A DNA stretch of 64,000 bases from Candidatus Deferrimicrobiaceae bacterium. GTDB lineage: Bacteria; Desulfobacterota; Deferrimicrobia; Deferrimicrobiales; Deferrimicrobiaceae. Position numbers and translations under genes: made by a program. The stretch covers positions 128,001 to 192,000 of the forward strand of contig CAWBVY010000007.1 of the NCBI GenBank assembly GCA_963792415.1. The letters run 5' to 3'. Below are positions 49,301-59,707 of this stretch, one piece after another (within the stretch, counting starts at the first letter, position 1; the number at the start of each line of letters is the position of its first letter). The notes below the pieces were generated by a model, which saw only the letters and a list, made by a program, of their open reading frames with translations, searched no databases and had not been told where the DNA came from.

Positions 49301-49528
49301 GTCATCATGACGTCGCTGGCGTTTTTCTTCGGCACGCTGCCGCTGGCAATCGCCGCCGGCGCCGGCGCCGGCGCCATGAACGCCATCGGGACCGCGGTCA
49401 CCGGAGGGATGCTCTCGGCCACGTTCATCGACCTGATCTTCATCCCGTTGTTCTTCGTCGTCATCTCCCGGCTGTTCGCGAAAAAGCAGCCCGGGCCCGC
49501 TTCCACCGATGCCCCGGAGGTGGGCTGA
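46367..49528 (+). CDS. RND efflux permease (AcrB/MexB-like, HAE1)
   Basis: FFLDRPVFAWV, GLLVDDAIVVVENVER, KNAILI, RFRPVIMTS. Confidence 0.96.
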   Translation: MLSKFFLDRPVFAWVIAIIMMVAGGLAIYNLPISQYPPIAPPSIAIDSFYPGASAETVEDSVTQIIEQKMTGFDDMLYLSGTSDSAGASRVELTFKAGTNPDLAWAKVQNKLQLAMASLPDVVQRSGVMVSKSTRNYLIIVGLISEDGSMDGNDLRDYSQSNLEKVMARVPGVGEVVNFGSQYSMRVWLNPDRLTDYKLTVNDVLQALRAYNVEVSAGQFGGTPAVKGQRLNVSIIVQNLLKTPEEFAAIPVRTNPDGSVVRVRDVGRTELGTEFYDVQAFYNGKPAAAMAIRQAPGANALDTANAVRKKMEEMSRYFPRGMKVVYPYDTTPFVRVAINEVVKTLFEAILLVFLVMYLFMGNIRATLIPTIAVPVVLLGTFAVLGLFGFSINMLTMFAMVLAIGLLVDDAIVVVENVERIMSEEGLSPREATAKSMEQITSALIGIGLVLSAVFGPMAFFGGSTGVIYRQFSVTIIASMLLSVVVALILTPVLCASLLKPVPKGHEAAETGLPFLRPFFRGFDRVFFGIRDRYVGVVRHSLSRKAGYLAVYLLLVGVVGFLLLRLPTAYLPDEDQGILLSQILMPTGSTLDQTQAVADEVQRHFQENEKKSVQSILTISGIGFSGRAQNNGMVFAMMKDWKLRERPGLKAQAVAGRVMAAFSGYRKAMVFAFPPPAVVELGNARGIDFQLMDRGGLGHAALMNARNQLLGMAAKDPRLTKVRPNGMEDVPEYRVDVDWEKAGALGVPIASIHETIGAAFGSSYVNDFIQAGRVKRVYLQADAPYRMLPKDLEKLYVRSAAGTMVPFASFASTRWTTGSPRLERFNGFPSMSIWGEPAPGRSSGEAMRAMEEITAKLPKGIGFDWNGLSYQERMTTAQGPILYAFSILVIFLCVAALYESWTIPFVNLLMLPLGVFGAVLATTSRGFPNDVYFQIGFLTTLGLSTKNAILIIQFIKEQLRHGAELTEATLAAVKIRFRPVIMTSLAFFFGTLPLAIAAGAGAGAMNAIGTAVTGGMLSATFIDLIFIPLFFVVISRLFAKKQPGPASTDAPEVG

Positions 49529-49529
49529 C

Positions 49530-50960
49530 ATGCGAAGGATGAAGACGGTCCTGTTCCTCTCTCTGGGAGGGTTTCTCTTTCTCTGCGGTTGCTCCATGAC
49601 CCCGGAATACATGCGCCCTGAAGCCCCGGTCCCCGCCGCCTGGCCGACCGGCGCCGCATACGATAACGCGCAGGCCTCGCCCGGAACGCCGGCGGCGGTC
49701 GAGGTCCCTTGGCGGGAATATTTCACCGACGACCGGCTCCGGAAGGTCATCGAAACGGCGTTGTGGAACAACCGCGACCTTCGGGTCGCCGCCCTGAACG
49801 TCGAAAGGGCGCGCGCGGTGTACGGCATCGCGCGCGCCGACCTCTTGCCGACGATCGAAGCAACGGGCCGGGGGGGCAGGCAGGGCGTGCCCGCCGATCT
49901 TTCGCTCTTCGGTACCTCGGGGACTGTCTCGGAATACAACGTCAATCTCGGGATCAGCTCGTGGGAAATCGATTTCTTCGGCCGCATCCGCAGCCTGAAG
50001 GACAAGGCGCTCGAGGAGTACTTCGCCACCGAGCAGGCGCGCCGCGGCGCGCAGATCCTCCTGGTGTCCGGGGTCGCCAATGCGTACCTGGCCTTCGCCG
50101 CGGACCGGGAAACCCTCCAGCTGGCCCAATCCACCCTGGATACCCAGCAGGCCGCCTACAATTTGATCCGGAGGCGGTACGACGTCGGGCTCTCGACCGA
50201 ACTGGACCTTCGCCAGGCGCAGACGAGAGTGGATGCGGCCAGGGTGGATATCGCCCTCTACTCCCGGTTGGTCGCTCAAGACGAAAACGCCCTGGACCTT
50301 CTGGTCGGATCGAGGGTGCCGGCAGAGCTGTTGCCGGACAACCTGACCCTCGTAACTCCTCCAAGGGAGATTTCTCCCGGAATTTCGTCCGAGGTGCTCC
50401 TTCTCCGGCCGGATATCCTGCAGGCGGAGAGTCTGCTCAAGGCCGCCAACGCCAACATCGGCGCGGCCCGCGCGGCCCTCTTCCCCCGCATCTCCCTGAC
50501 GACCGCCTTCGGGACGGCGAGCAGCGAACTGTCGGGGCTGTTCAAACCCGGTTCGGAAAGCTGGAACTTCTTCCCGCAGATCGTCGTTCCGATCTTCGAC
50601 GCCCGCGCATGGTCGGCGCTGGATGCGATCAAGGTGGAACAGGAAATCGCCGTGGCCCAGTACGAGAAAGCCATCCAGACGGCCTTCAGGGAAGTGGCCG
50701 ATGGCCTTGCCGTGCGGGGCACGGTGGAGGACCAGTTGTCGGCGCAGCGATCCCTGGTCGAAGCGGCATCGGTGACCTATCGTCTTTCCAACGCGCGTTA
50801 CACAAAGGGGATCGACAGCTTCCTGGGCGTCCTCGACGCGCAGCGCTCGCTCTACGCGGCGCAGCAGGGGCTGATCTCCGTCCGCCTGACGAGGTTCGCC
50901 AACCAGGTGAGGCTTTACGCGGTATTGGGCGGAGGGGGCGACCCGGCCGTGCCGCGATGA
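49530..50960 (+). CDS. OprM/NodT-family outer membrane efflux lipoprotein
   Basis: Lipobox LCGC, NNRDLR, WEIDFFGR, RPDI, AFREVAD. Confidence 0.94.
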   Translation: MRRMKTVLFLSLGGFLFLCGCSMTPEYMRPEAPVPAAWPTGAAYDNAQASPGTPAAVEVPWREYFTDDRLRKVIETALWNNRDLRVAALNVERARAVYGIARADLLPTIEATGRGGRQGVPADLSLFGTSGTVSEYNVNLGISSWEIDFFGRIRSLKDKALEEYFATEQARRGAQILLVSGVANAYLAFAADRETLQLAQSTLDTQQAAYNLIRRRYDVGLSTELDLRQAQTRVDAARVDIALYSRLVAQDENALDLLVGSRVPAELLPDNLTLVTPPREISPGISSEVLLLRPDILQAESLLKAANANIGAARAALFPRISLTTAFGTASSELSGLFKPGSESWNFFPQIVVPIFDARAWSALDAIKVEQEIAVAQYEKAIQTAFREVADGLAVRGTVEDQLSAQRSLVEAASVTYRLSNARYTKGIDSFLGVLDAQRSLYAAQQGLISVRLTRFANQVRLYAVLGGGGDPAVPR

Positions 50961-50973
50961 CCTTTCCGGGGAG

Positions 50974-52272
50974 TTACCTGTCGAACCCGTCGTAGCCCCG
51001 GCCGGTCTCCGACACCGAGGTTTCGATGCTCAGGAGCTTCGGCCCCTGCTTGATCCGGAAGTGGCCGTCCACCGTCTCCCAGATCCAGCCGGAGTAGCCG
51101 TAGCCCCCCACCGCCTTGACCACGAAGGCCCCTTTCCACGAATCGGTCCTCGTCCGGTTGAGCGCGACCGTGCCGAACTTCCCGAAGGTGTAGGCCGGCA
51201 CCGGGTGGCAGTACGGTTCGCCCGCGAGCTCGCCGGCCGCCTCTTCCGCCTCCTTTCCGCCGAAAAGGGCGGCCCGCAGCCCATACTTGTGTCCCTTCGC
51301 CCGCCGGACGACCTCCTCCTTCGTGTCGAAGGGCGTGGTGAAGGCCACGGGGCCGAAGACCTCCTCGCGCATGCCGGACATGACGTCCGTGGCGTCCCGC
51401 ACGACGGTGGGGTGGATCAGGTTCCCCTCGATCGTTCCGCCGTAGACGACCCTTGCCCCCATCGCCACCGCTTCCTTGAGCTGCTCCCGGATCCGGGCAA
51501 CGGCCAGGCGGCTCGCCACCGGCGAGATCTCCGTCCGCGGGTCTTCCGGGGGGCCGACCACGAGCCGGGCGGTCCGTTCAACGAACCGTTCCAGGAATTC
51601 CCCGTAGATCGAACGGTGGATGAAGATCCGCTTCGGAGCGGTGCAGGTCTGGCCGGAATACATGAATTTCGCCGTGACCAGGTCGGAGAGGGCGAGATCG
51701 AGGTCGGCATCGGGGAAGACGATGAAGGGATCCTGCCCCGCCCCCTCGAAGACCATCTTTTTCCCCGCCTCCCGGAAGGCCGACTCGTACGCCAGGAAAT
51801 TGACGTCCGACCCGAAGACGACCACCGCGGAGACGGCGGGGTCCTTGAGCGCCTCTTCCAGGACCTTCTTCCCGCTTTCCCGGGAAAAGTGGACGTCGTC
51901 GCCGAAGATGGGCTTGTAGATCGACTCGGTGAGGGCGGAAAGGCCGGAGCCCTTCGAGGAGAACTTGACGCTCACGCGGTTTCCCACCATGTAGATCGAG
52001 GTGATCGCGGTGTTGAGCCAGGCGCTGCCGTTATAGGAGAGCATGAGGGCGACGGTCGATCCTTCCCCGCCCAGAGGTCTCCTGCCCTCGAGCAGGGGCC
52101 TGGCCTCGGCGTACATCTTCAGGCGGTCGAGGGAGGTGTCCACCTCCAGTGCGGTGTCCCTTCTGGTGAACTGGATGTCCTTGACCGCCCGCTTGAGGAA
52201 CTCTTCCCTGTGCGCCCGGATGCTGTCGCCCAGGTCGAGGACCTTCCGGAACCGTTCGTCGTACGGTGTCAC
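50974..52272 (-). CDS. Divergent aldehyde dehydrogenase family protein
   Basis: FEGAGQDP, SGQTCTAP (catalytic Cys), EEVFGP, YGL.A; GTG start overlaps the MFS stop. Confidence 0.85.
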   Translation of the reverse strand: MTPYDERFRKVLDLGDSIRAHREEFLKRAVKDIQFTRRDTALEVDTSLDRLKMYAEARPLLEGRRPLGGEGSTVALMLSYNGSAWLNTAITSIYMVGNRVSVKFSSKGSGLSALTESIYKPIFGDDVHFSRESGKKVLEEALKDPAVSAVVVFGSDVNFLAYESAFREAGKKMVFEGAGQDPFIVFPDADLDLALSDLVTAKFMYSGQTCTAPKRIFIHRSIYGEFLERFVERTARLVVGPPEDPRTEISPVASRLAVARIREQLKEAVAMGARVVYGGTIEGNLIHPTVVRDATDVMSGMREEVFGPVAFTTPFDTKEEVVRRAKGHKYGLRAALFGGKEAEEAAGELAGEPYCHPVPAYTFGKFGTVALNRTRTDSWKGAFVVKAVGGYGYSGWIWETVDGHFRIKQGPKLLSIETSVSETGRGYDGFDR

Positions 52273-53441
52273 GGGTTCCCCCCCCCGCCCTTCCACGGCA
52301 GCGGCAGGAGCAGGGCGAGCAGGACGCCGATCACGGGGAGAATGTTGATCGCGTTCGTGGCGACCGGGACGCCGTACCGGTCGGCGACCGCCCCGATCAG
52401 GGTGACGCCGATGCCGCCCGTGCCGATCGCAAACCCGGCGATGGCGCCCGAGGCGGTGGCCATCCGCTTCGGGAACAGTTCCTGGGCCATCACGATCGTG
52501 ACCGAGAAGGTCGAGACGATCGTCCCGCCCAGGAGCGCGGCCGATGCGAAGACCATCCACCCCGACGACCGCAGGAACAGGAAGATCAGCGGGATCTGCA
52601 GGACGACGGAGAAGAAGAGGAGCCGGCGGTGCCCGAACCGGTCCGCCAGCGGCCCCCCGATCACCGTGCCCACGGTGCCCGAGCCGAGGAAGAAGAAGAG
52701 GAGGGTCGCCACGTACGCGGGGTCGCTCTTCAACTGCTCCTGATAGATGAAGGGGATGTAGGTGGCGAGCCCCAGTTGCGTCCATGAGCGCAGTACCACG
52801 ATCAGGATGATGAGCGACACGGCGTAGAGGGGGTGCTCGACGTCGCTCATCGCGCCCTTCCGCGGGGCGGTGGAGGCCGAATCGATCCGGCTCCGGATGG
52901 TGGGCATGGCGGGGAGGAGCAGGAGCGCCGCCAGCGCGGTAGGGATCAGCAGGCCGGACGCCCCCGGGAGACCGTACCGGGAGACGAGGAAGATCGCGGC
53001 GGGCGAGCCGATGGCCCACCCGAGGTTCCCCCCGACGGAAAAGAAGGACATCCCCGTAGCCCGGCGCCGGGACGTGATGCAGGCGGTCGCCTTGAACCCT
53101 TCCGGATGGAACGCCGCGGTGCCGAGCCCCATGAACAAGATGAACGCCACCAGCCAGGCGAACGACGGGGAGAACGGGACCAGCGCGATCCCGACGCCGG
53201 AGATCGCGCACCCCAGCGGCAGCAGGATGGGGAAGGGGCGCCGGTCCGTGACGTAGCCGAACAGCGGCTGGATCACGGAAGAGGTGAGGTGCGCCGCCAT
53301 CAGCAGCGCTCCCGCGGCGGCGTACGACAGGTCGAACCGCTCCTTGAGGTACGGAAGGAGCGCCGGCAGGGCTCCCTGCACCATGTCCGTGCACATGTGC
53401 CCGAAGGAGAGGATCAGGAGCAGGACGGCGGAGGAGTTCAC
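52269..53441 (-). CDS. MFS transporter (Fsr-like)
   Basis: H..TD..QG.LPALLP, QPLFG..TDR, FHPE, GGNLG; about 12 TM helices. Confidence 0.9.
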   Translation of the reverse strand: MNSSAVLLLILSFGHMCTDMVQGALPALLPYLKERFDLSYAAAGALLMAAHLTSSVIQPLFGYVTDRRPFPILLPLGCAISGVGIALVPFSPSFAWLVAFILFMGLGTAAFHPEGFKATACITSRRRATGMSFFSVGGNLGWAIGSPAAIFLVSRYGLPGASGLLIPTALAALLLLPAMPTIRSRIDSASTAPRKGAMSDVEHPLYAVSLIILIVVLRSWTQLGLATYIPFIYQEQLKSDPAYVATLLFFFLGSGTVGTVIGGPLADRFGHRRLLFFSVVLQIPLIFLFLRSSGWMVFASAALLGGTIVSTFSVTIVMAQELFPKRMATASGAIAGFAIGTGGIGVTLIGAVADRYGVPVATNAINILPVIGVLLALLLPLPWKGGGGNP

Positions 53442-54454
53442 CGGAGCATCCCGTCCGCGATGTCGTCCTTCCCCAGCAGGAGCATGACGAGCCGGTCGAC
53501 CCCCAGCGCGGCGCCGGAGCAGGGGGGGAGCCCGCGCCGCAGCGCGTCGAGGAACCCCGGGTCCGCGGGAAGCGTCTGCCCGGTCGATCGCCGGTGCCGG
53601 TCGATCAGCGCAAGCAGCCGGGCCTCCTGCTCCGCAGGGTCGGTCAGTTCCTCGTACCCGTTGACCAGCTCGACGCCGCCAAGGAACCCCTCGAACCGCT
53701 CCGACACCTCGGGGCGCCCGGGGCGGCGGCGCGCCATCGCACCGAGGGCCGTCGGGTACCCGGTGAGGAAGCAGGCGCCGCGTTCAACGATCGCCGGCTC
53801 CACCACGTCGAGGCAGGCCCGGTGGAAGAGGTCCTCCCACGGTTCGTCCGCTCCCGGGCACATCCCCTTTCGGTCGAGCGCTTCGCGCAACCCCTTCCCA
53901 TCCTCCATGCCGACCCCGAGCAGTTCCCGGAACGCGTCGTCGAGTTCCCAGCGGGGCCACGGCCCGTCGACCGGGATCCTCCTGCCGCCGCCTTGGACGA
54001 CCGCCTCGCCGTCGATCGTCCGGGTCAGCGTCCGGACCAGCTCCTCGACGTCCCGCATCACGGCGTCCGCGTCGCCGCCCACCCGGTACCATTCGAGCAA
54101 CGTGAACTCGGGGGAGTGGAGGGGCGACCCTTCACGATTCCGGAACACCTTCCCCAGATAGAAGATGTCTCCCGATCCGGCGGCGAGAAGCTTCTTCATC
54201 GAGAGTTCGGGGGAGGTGTGCAGGTAGAACCGCGCCGCCTTGCCGGAGGCGTCGGCGATCCTCACAGGAAAGATGTTCGGGTCGATGTTCGGGTACGCCT
54301 GCGCGATCGGGGGGTCCACCTCGAGGAACTCCCGCTCCCGGAAGAAGGCCCGGATCCCCTCGAGGACCCGTGCCCGTGCCCGAAGCGCCTCCCACGGCAG
54401 CTCCCCGTCCGCGAGCCGCCGCCACGTCTCCCTCGGTTCTCCCTCCGCGCACAT
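53438..54454 (-). CDS. epmA: EF-P lysine aminoacylase (GenX/PoxA)
   Basis: LHTSPELSMKKLLA, FRN.E..HSPEFTLLEWY, ERFE, ELVNGY.ELTD, G.ALGVDRL; no anticodon domain. Confidence 0.93.
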   Translation of the reverse strand: MCAEGEPRETWRRLADGELPWEALRARARVLEGIRAFFREREFLEVDPPIAQAYPNIDPNIFPVRIADASGKAARFYLHTSPELSMKKLLAAGSGDIFYLGKVFRNREGSPLHSPEFTLLEWYRVGGDADAVMRDVEELVRTLTRTIDGEAVVQGGGRRIPVDGPWPRWELDDAFRELLGVGMEDGKGLREALDRKGMCPGADEPWEDLFHRACLDVVEPAIVERGACFLTGYPTALGAMARRRPGRPEVSERFEGFLGGVELVNGYEELTDPAEQEARLLALIDRHRRSTGQTLPADPGFLDALRRGLPPCSGAALGVDRLVMLLLGKDDIADGMLR

Positions 54455-54517
54455 CCGTACTGTTTACCCTATGATCCGCCTCGCAGTAAAGCCTCACGAC
54501 CGATTACGGCAAAGATC

Positions 54518-55618
54518 TCAAGGGACGGCGGGCGGGCGGACCCCCGGCATCGTTCCCGAAAGTCCGGTCGCGAGGAACTCCCGGAGGGACTCCTTTTCCT
54601 CCCTCGACAGGCCGAGGGGCCGCAACAGGGGCGATTTCTTCGGGTCAACGCCGCCCCCGCGGTCGTAGAAGTCGATCACCTCCTCGAGGGTCCCGAGGGC
54701 GCCGTTGTGCATGTAGGGGGCGGTTGCCGCCACCTCCCGCAGCGAGGGCGTCGAGAACGCCTTCCAGTCCGCCGGGTCCTTCGTGACCAGAAACCGCCCC
54801 GGGTCCTCGCGGAGCGTCCGGTAGTCGGGGAACCCCGACACCTTGCCGACGAACCGCGCGGTTGCGAACACCCGTGGATCATCCTTCGCCTTCGGGTCCT
54901 CCGGGACGCCGAGGTTGTGGAACCGCTCGTCGGTCAGGTTCGGGCCGTTGTGGCACGCCGCGCAGCCGGCCTTGCCGAGGAACAGCCCGAGCCCGGCGTG
55001 CTGCCGCGGCGTAAGGGCCCCCGGCTCCCCGCGCAGGCGACGGTCCAGCGGCGTGTCGCGGGAGAGAAGGGTCCGCTCGAAGGCGGCGATCGCCATCGCC
55101 ACGCGCTGCCGGGTGATCTCACCCCCGAAGACGGATCGAAACGCTTCCACGTAGGCGGGGACCGTTTTCAGCACCTCTTCGAGATAGTCCAGATTCCGGT
55201 TCATCTCGAAGGGGCTCATCATCGGGAAGAGGGCCTGCTCTTCGAGGGAGGTCGCCCGCCCGTCGTGGAACAGCCTCTTCCGGTACGCCACGTTCACGAG
55301 CCCCGGGGAGTTCCGCCAGTTCCGCGTGGTGGGATAGGAGAGGGAGATCGGGAGCGCGTCGGCGAAGCCGGTCTCCGGGTCGTGGCAGGTGGCGCAACTC
55401 ATCGTCCCGTCCCCCGACAGGCGCCGGTCGAAGAACAGCTTCTTCCCGAGTTCGACCTTCTCCGGTGTGGTCGGGTTCTCCGAAGGGGAAGGCGGAGGTG
55501 GCAGCGGGGCAAGAGCGGGCGGCGGGACGGGTTCGGCCGCGAACGAGGGGGAAGGCACGAGGGTCGCTCCCGCGAGGAGCGCGCAAAGAAGAAGGGGGGG
55601 AAGTGCGCGCGGGTTCAC
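54518..55618 (-). CDS. Diheme cytochrome c peroxidase/MauG-superfamily protein
   Basis: Signal peptide, LGKKLFFD.RLS, CATCH, CAACH, TPSLR..TAPYMHNG. Confidence 0.9.
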   Translation of the reverse strand: MNPRALPPLLLCALLAGATLVPSPSFAAEPVPPPALAPLPPPPSPSENPTTPEKVELGKKLFFDRRLSGDGTMSCATCHDPETGFADALPISLSYPTTRNWRNSPGLVNVAYRKRLFHDGRATSLEEQALFPMMSPFEMNRNLDYLEEVLKTVPAYVEAFRSVFGGEITRQRVAMAIAAFERTLLSRDTPLDRRLRGEPGALTPRQHAGLGLFLGKAGCAACHNGPNLTDERFHNLGVPEDPKAKDDPRVFATARFVGKVSGFPDYRTLREDPGRFLVTKDPADWKAFSTPSLREVAATAPYMHNGALGTLEEVIDFYDRGGGVDPKKSPLLRPLGLSREEKESLREFLATGLSGTMPGVRPPAVP

Positions 55619-56250
55619 GGTTTCTTCCCTCCCGGCCCGGCGGCCTTGAGTTCCCCGTCGATGACCGCCTTGTACGACTCGAACGGCCGGACACCCAGAA
55701 GCTTCACCCCGTTGATGAAGATCGTCGGCGTGTTGTACAGGTAGAGCGACTCCCCGAGCTTCACGTCCCGGTCGATCTCCGGGTTATGCCGCATCGTGTC
55801 CAGGTCCTTCGTGAAGCGGGGGACGTCGAGCTTCAGTTCCTTCGCGTACGCGATGAGGCTTTCCCGGTCCAGCTTCGGCGACCGGTCGAGCAGGAGGAGG
55901 TGCATTTCGCGGAACTTCCCCTGGTCGTGCGCCGCGAGCGACGCCTCCGCGGCGATGCGCGAATAGTCCCGGTACCGGTACGGCAGGTGCTTCACCACGA
56001 GGCGGACGCTGTCGCCGTACTCCTTGAGGATCTTCTCGACGGTCGGACCGACCGCCTTGCAGTGCGGTCACTGGTAGTCGAGGAATTCGACGATCGTCAC
56101 CGGCGCATTCGCGGGCCCGATGAACGGGGAGTCGCCCGCCGGCACGGCGAACCGGACGTCGGCGGCCCCCGCCGGGACCACGGCGAGAAGCGTCAGGGCG
56201 ACCCGAAAGGCAAGGCGGCACGCGTTCAATCGCAATCCGCTTCCTTTCAT
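55615..56250 (-). CDS. DsbA-like thioredoxin-fold protein with probable Sec (UPHC motif; TGA at 56070-56068)
   Basis: G...APVTIVEFLDYQ-U-PHC continues in frame into ORF 55615-55998; cis-Pro TPT; RBS GGAGGAGG; hairpin after the UGA. Confidence 0.88.
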
Positions 56251-56554
56251 CCTATCCACCTCCTCCGCAAGATCGGTCGTTCTCCCTCGAAGATTCTACT
56301 ACAACGCGGCCGGTTGGTCCCTTGCGGGAAGAAAATTCCATTCGGCATTGGTAAAAAAACAAATTGTGGTTGTTTTCAGTTTTATGATAAATCGTTTGAA
56401 ATCAAATATCTACCAAGAGTAATAATTATTATCTTTGTTTTTAAGGTTTTTCATTGATCTGTTTATAACATTTTTATAATATCAGCGAGGATCCGGCGGG
56501 TTTCTCTTTTTACGGATACGGCGTCAATCCGACCGACCGAAGGAGGTGTACCGG

Positions 56555-59500
56555 ATGGCGATATCACGGAGGGAGTTCTTCAAGACCTCGGGGGCGGGGC
56601 TGGCCGCGGGCCTGCTCGGCTTCTCCCTCGACCCCGTAGTGGCGAAAGCCGACGAGTTCAGCCTCCGCTACGCGAAGGAGACGACCACCATCTGCCCCTA
56701 CTGCTCGGTGGGGTGCGGGATGATCGTCCACACCCTCGGGGGGAACCTCGTGAACGTCGAAGGCGATCCCGATCACCCGATCAGCGAGGGATCCCTCTGC
56801 CCGAAAGGCTCCTCGGTCCTCCAGCTGCGGGACAACAAGGCCCGGGTGACGAAACCCCTCTACCGCGCGCCCGGCGCGAAGGAGTGGAAGGAGGTCGACT
56901 GGGACTGGGCGCTCGACGAGATCGCGAAGAAGGTCAAGAAGACCCGGGACGCCACCTTCACCGCCAAGAGCACCATCAAGGTGAAGGAGAAGGTCGGCGA
57001 CAGGGAGATAGAGAAGACGGTCGAGGCGGTCGTCAACCGGACGAACGGGATCGCCCACGTCGGGAGCGCCGCGCTGGACAACGAGGAGTGCTACCTCCTC
57101 CAGAAATTCCTCCGGGGGTTGGGCCTGGTCGCCATCGAGCACCAGGCGCGAATATGACACAGCGCCACTGTAGCGGCTCTGGCAGAGTCGTTCGGACGGG
57201 GCGCGATGACGAATCACTGGATCGACATAAAGAACGCGGACGTGATCCTGATCATGGGGGCCAACCCGGCGGAGAACCACCCCGTCGCCTTCCGCTGGAT
57301 CCAGCGGGCGAAGGATAACGGCGCCAAGATCCTCTGCGTCGACCCGCGCTTCACCCGGAGCGCGGCGAAGGCCGACATCTACGCCCCCCTCCGGTCGGGT
57401 ACGGACATCGCCTTTCTCGGCGGGATGATCCGGCACATCCTCGAAAATCGTCTCTACCACCAGGAGTACGTGGCGAAGTACACGAACGCGTCGTACCTCG
57501 TCGGGCCCGATTTCAAGATGCCCGGAGACCTGGCCGGCCTCTTCTCGGGGTACGACAAGAAGAAGGGGAAGTACGACAAGAAGACGTGGGCGTACCAGAA
57601 GGGCCCCGACGAGGTGATCCGGAAGGACGAGACGCTGAAGGATCCCCGTTCCGTCTTCCAGTTGCTGCGGAAGCAATATTCCCGCTACACGCCGGACCTC
57701 GTGTCGAGCATCACCGGAACGCCGAAGGAGACGCTCCTCAAGGTATACGAGGTGTACGGCTCCACGGGGAAGCCGGACAAGTCGGGGACCGAGCTGTACG
57801 CGATGGGGTGGACGCAGCACACGGTGGGGACGCAGAACATCCGCGCGATGAGCATCATCCAGCTCCTGCTCGGCAACGTCGGGGTCGCGGGCGGAGGGAT
57901 CAACGCCCTGCGCGGCGAGAGCAACGTCCAGGGATCCACCGACCACGGGCTCCTCTTCCACATCCTTCCGGGGTATCTGGCGGTTCCTTCCGCGGACCTT
58001 CCCACCCTCGAGAAGTACGTCGAGAAGTACACCCCCAAGACGAAGGAGGCGCAGAGCGCGAACTGGTGGGGGAACCGGAACAAGTACATCACGAGCTACC
58101 TGAAGGCGATCTACGGCGCCAAGGCGACGAAGGAGAACGACTTCGGCTACGCCTGGCTTCCCAAGAACGACCCGGGGGTGAACTCCTCCTGGCTGATGAT
58201 CTTCGACAACATGCTTCGCGGCAAGTACAAGGGGTTCTTCGCCTGGGGACAGAACCCGGCCTGCTCCGGCTCCAACGCGGGGAAGGTCCGGAAGGCGCTG
58301 GAGCACCTGGAGTGGATGGTGACGGTCAACCTGTTCGACAACGAGACGGCGTCGTTCTGGAAGGGGCCGGGGGTGGACCCGGCGAAGGTGAACACGGAGG
58401 TCTTCTTCCTCCCCGCGGCGGCGTCGTTCGAGAAGGAGGGGAGCGTCACCAACTCCGGCCGGTGGGCGCAGTGGCGCACCGCGGCGGTCAAGCCCCTCGG
58501 GCAGTCGCGGCCCGACTCCGAGATCATGAACGACCTCTTCTTCCGGCTCAAGGCGCGGTATGCGAAGGAAGGGGGCGCCTACCCCGACCCGCTCGTGAAC
58601 CTCACGTGGAACTACGGGTACAGGCATCTGGACGGCACGGTCCGGTCGGTCGACATCCACGCCGTGGCGAAGGAGATCAACGGCTACTTCGTCGACAACG
58701 TCGAGGAGAAGCCGAAACCGGGGGAGCCCCCCCCCAAGGAGAGGAAGCTCGTCGGGAAGAAGGGGGAGCTGGCCGGCAGCTTCGCGCTGCTCCAGGCGGA
58801 CGGCACCACCACCAGCGGGAACTGGCTCTACTGCCAGAGCTACAACGAGAAGGGGAACATGATGGCCCGGCGGGGAAAGAAGGACCCCAGCGGGCTCGGG
58901 CTCTTCTCCGACTGGTCATGGGCGTGGCCCGTGAACCGGCGCATCCTCTACAACCGGGCGTCGGTCGACCTTTCGGGCAAGCCGTACCTCGCGAAGAAGG
59001 CGGTCATCTACTGGAACGCCAACGCGGTCCTTCCCGACGGGAAGCTGGGCAAGTGGGAGGGCGACGTTCCCGACGGGGGGTGGCCCCCGATGGGGAACGA
59101 GAAGGACGGGAAGAAGCCGTTCATCATGCGGGCCGACGGCGTGGCGTCGGTCTTCGGACCGGGGCTTGCGGACGGCCCGTTCCCCGAGCATTACGAGCCG
59201 CTCGAGTGCCCGATCCAGGAGAACCTGATGTCGAAGCAGATGACGAACCCCGCGTCGAAAAAGTTCGCAGACGGGGGGTTGGCCGAGGACGTGTACGCCT
59301 CCTGCGACACGCGGTTCCCTTATGTTGCGACGACGTACCGGGTGACCGAGCACTGGCAGACGGGGGTGCTTTCCCGGAACGTCCCGTGGCTCCTCGAGCT
59401 GCAGCCCCGGCTCTTCGTGGAGATGGGCCTCGAGCTCGCGAAGGAGAAGAAGATCCGGAACGGCGACATGGTCGAGGTCGCCTCGGCGCGCGGGAAGGTC

Positions 59501-59707
59501 GATGCCGTCGCCATCGTCACCCCGCGCTTCCGGCCGTTCAAGGTGGCCGGCGGCACGGTTCACCAGGTCGGGCTCCCCTGGTGCTTCGGCTGGTTCACGC
59601 CGGGGGTGGGGGAATCGGCCAACCTCCTCACGCCGACGGCGGGGGACGCGAATACCATGATCCCTGAAACGAAGGCGTTCATGGTCAACGTAAAGGCGAG
59701 GGGGTGA
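56555..59707 (+). CDS. fdnG: Formate dehydrogenase alpha subunit, selenocysteine-containing (TGA 57155-57157)
   Basis: Tat motif SRREFFK, CPYCSVGC, EHQARI-U-HSATVA..FGRGAMTNHW, LRGESNVQG. Confidence 0.96.
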
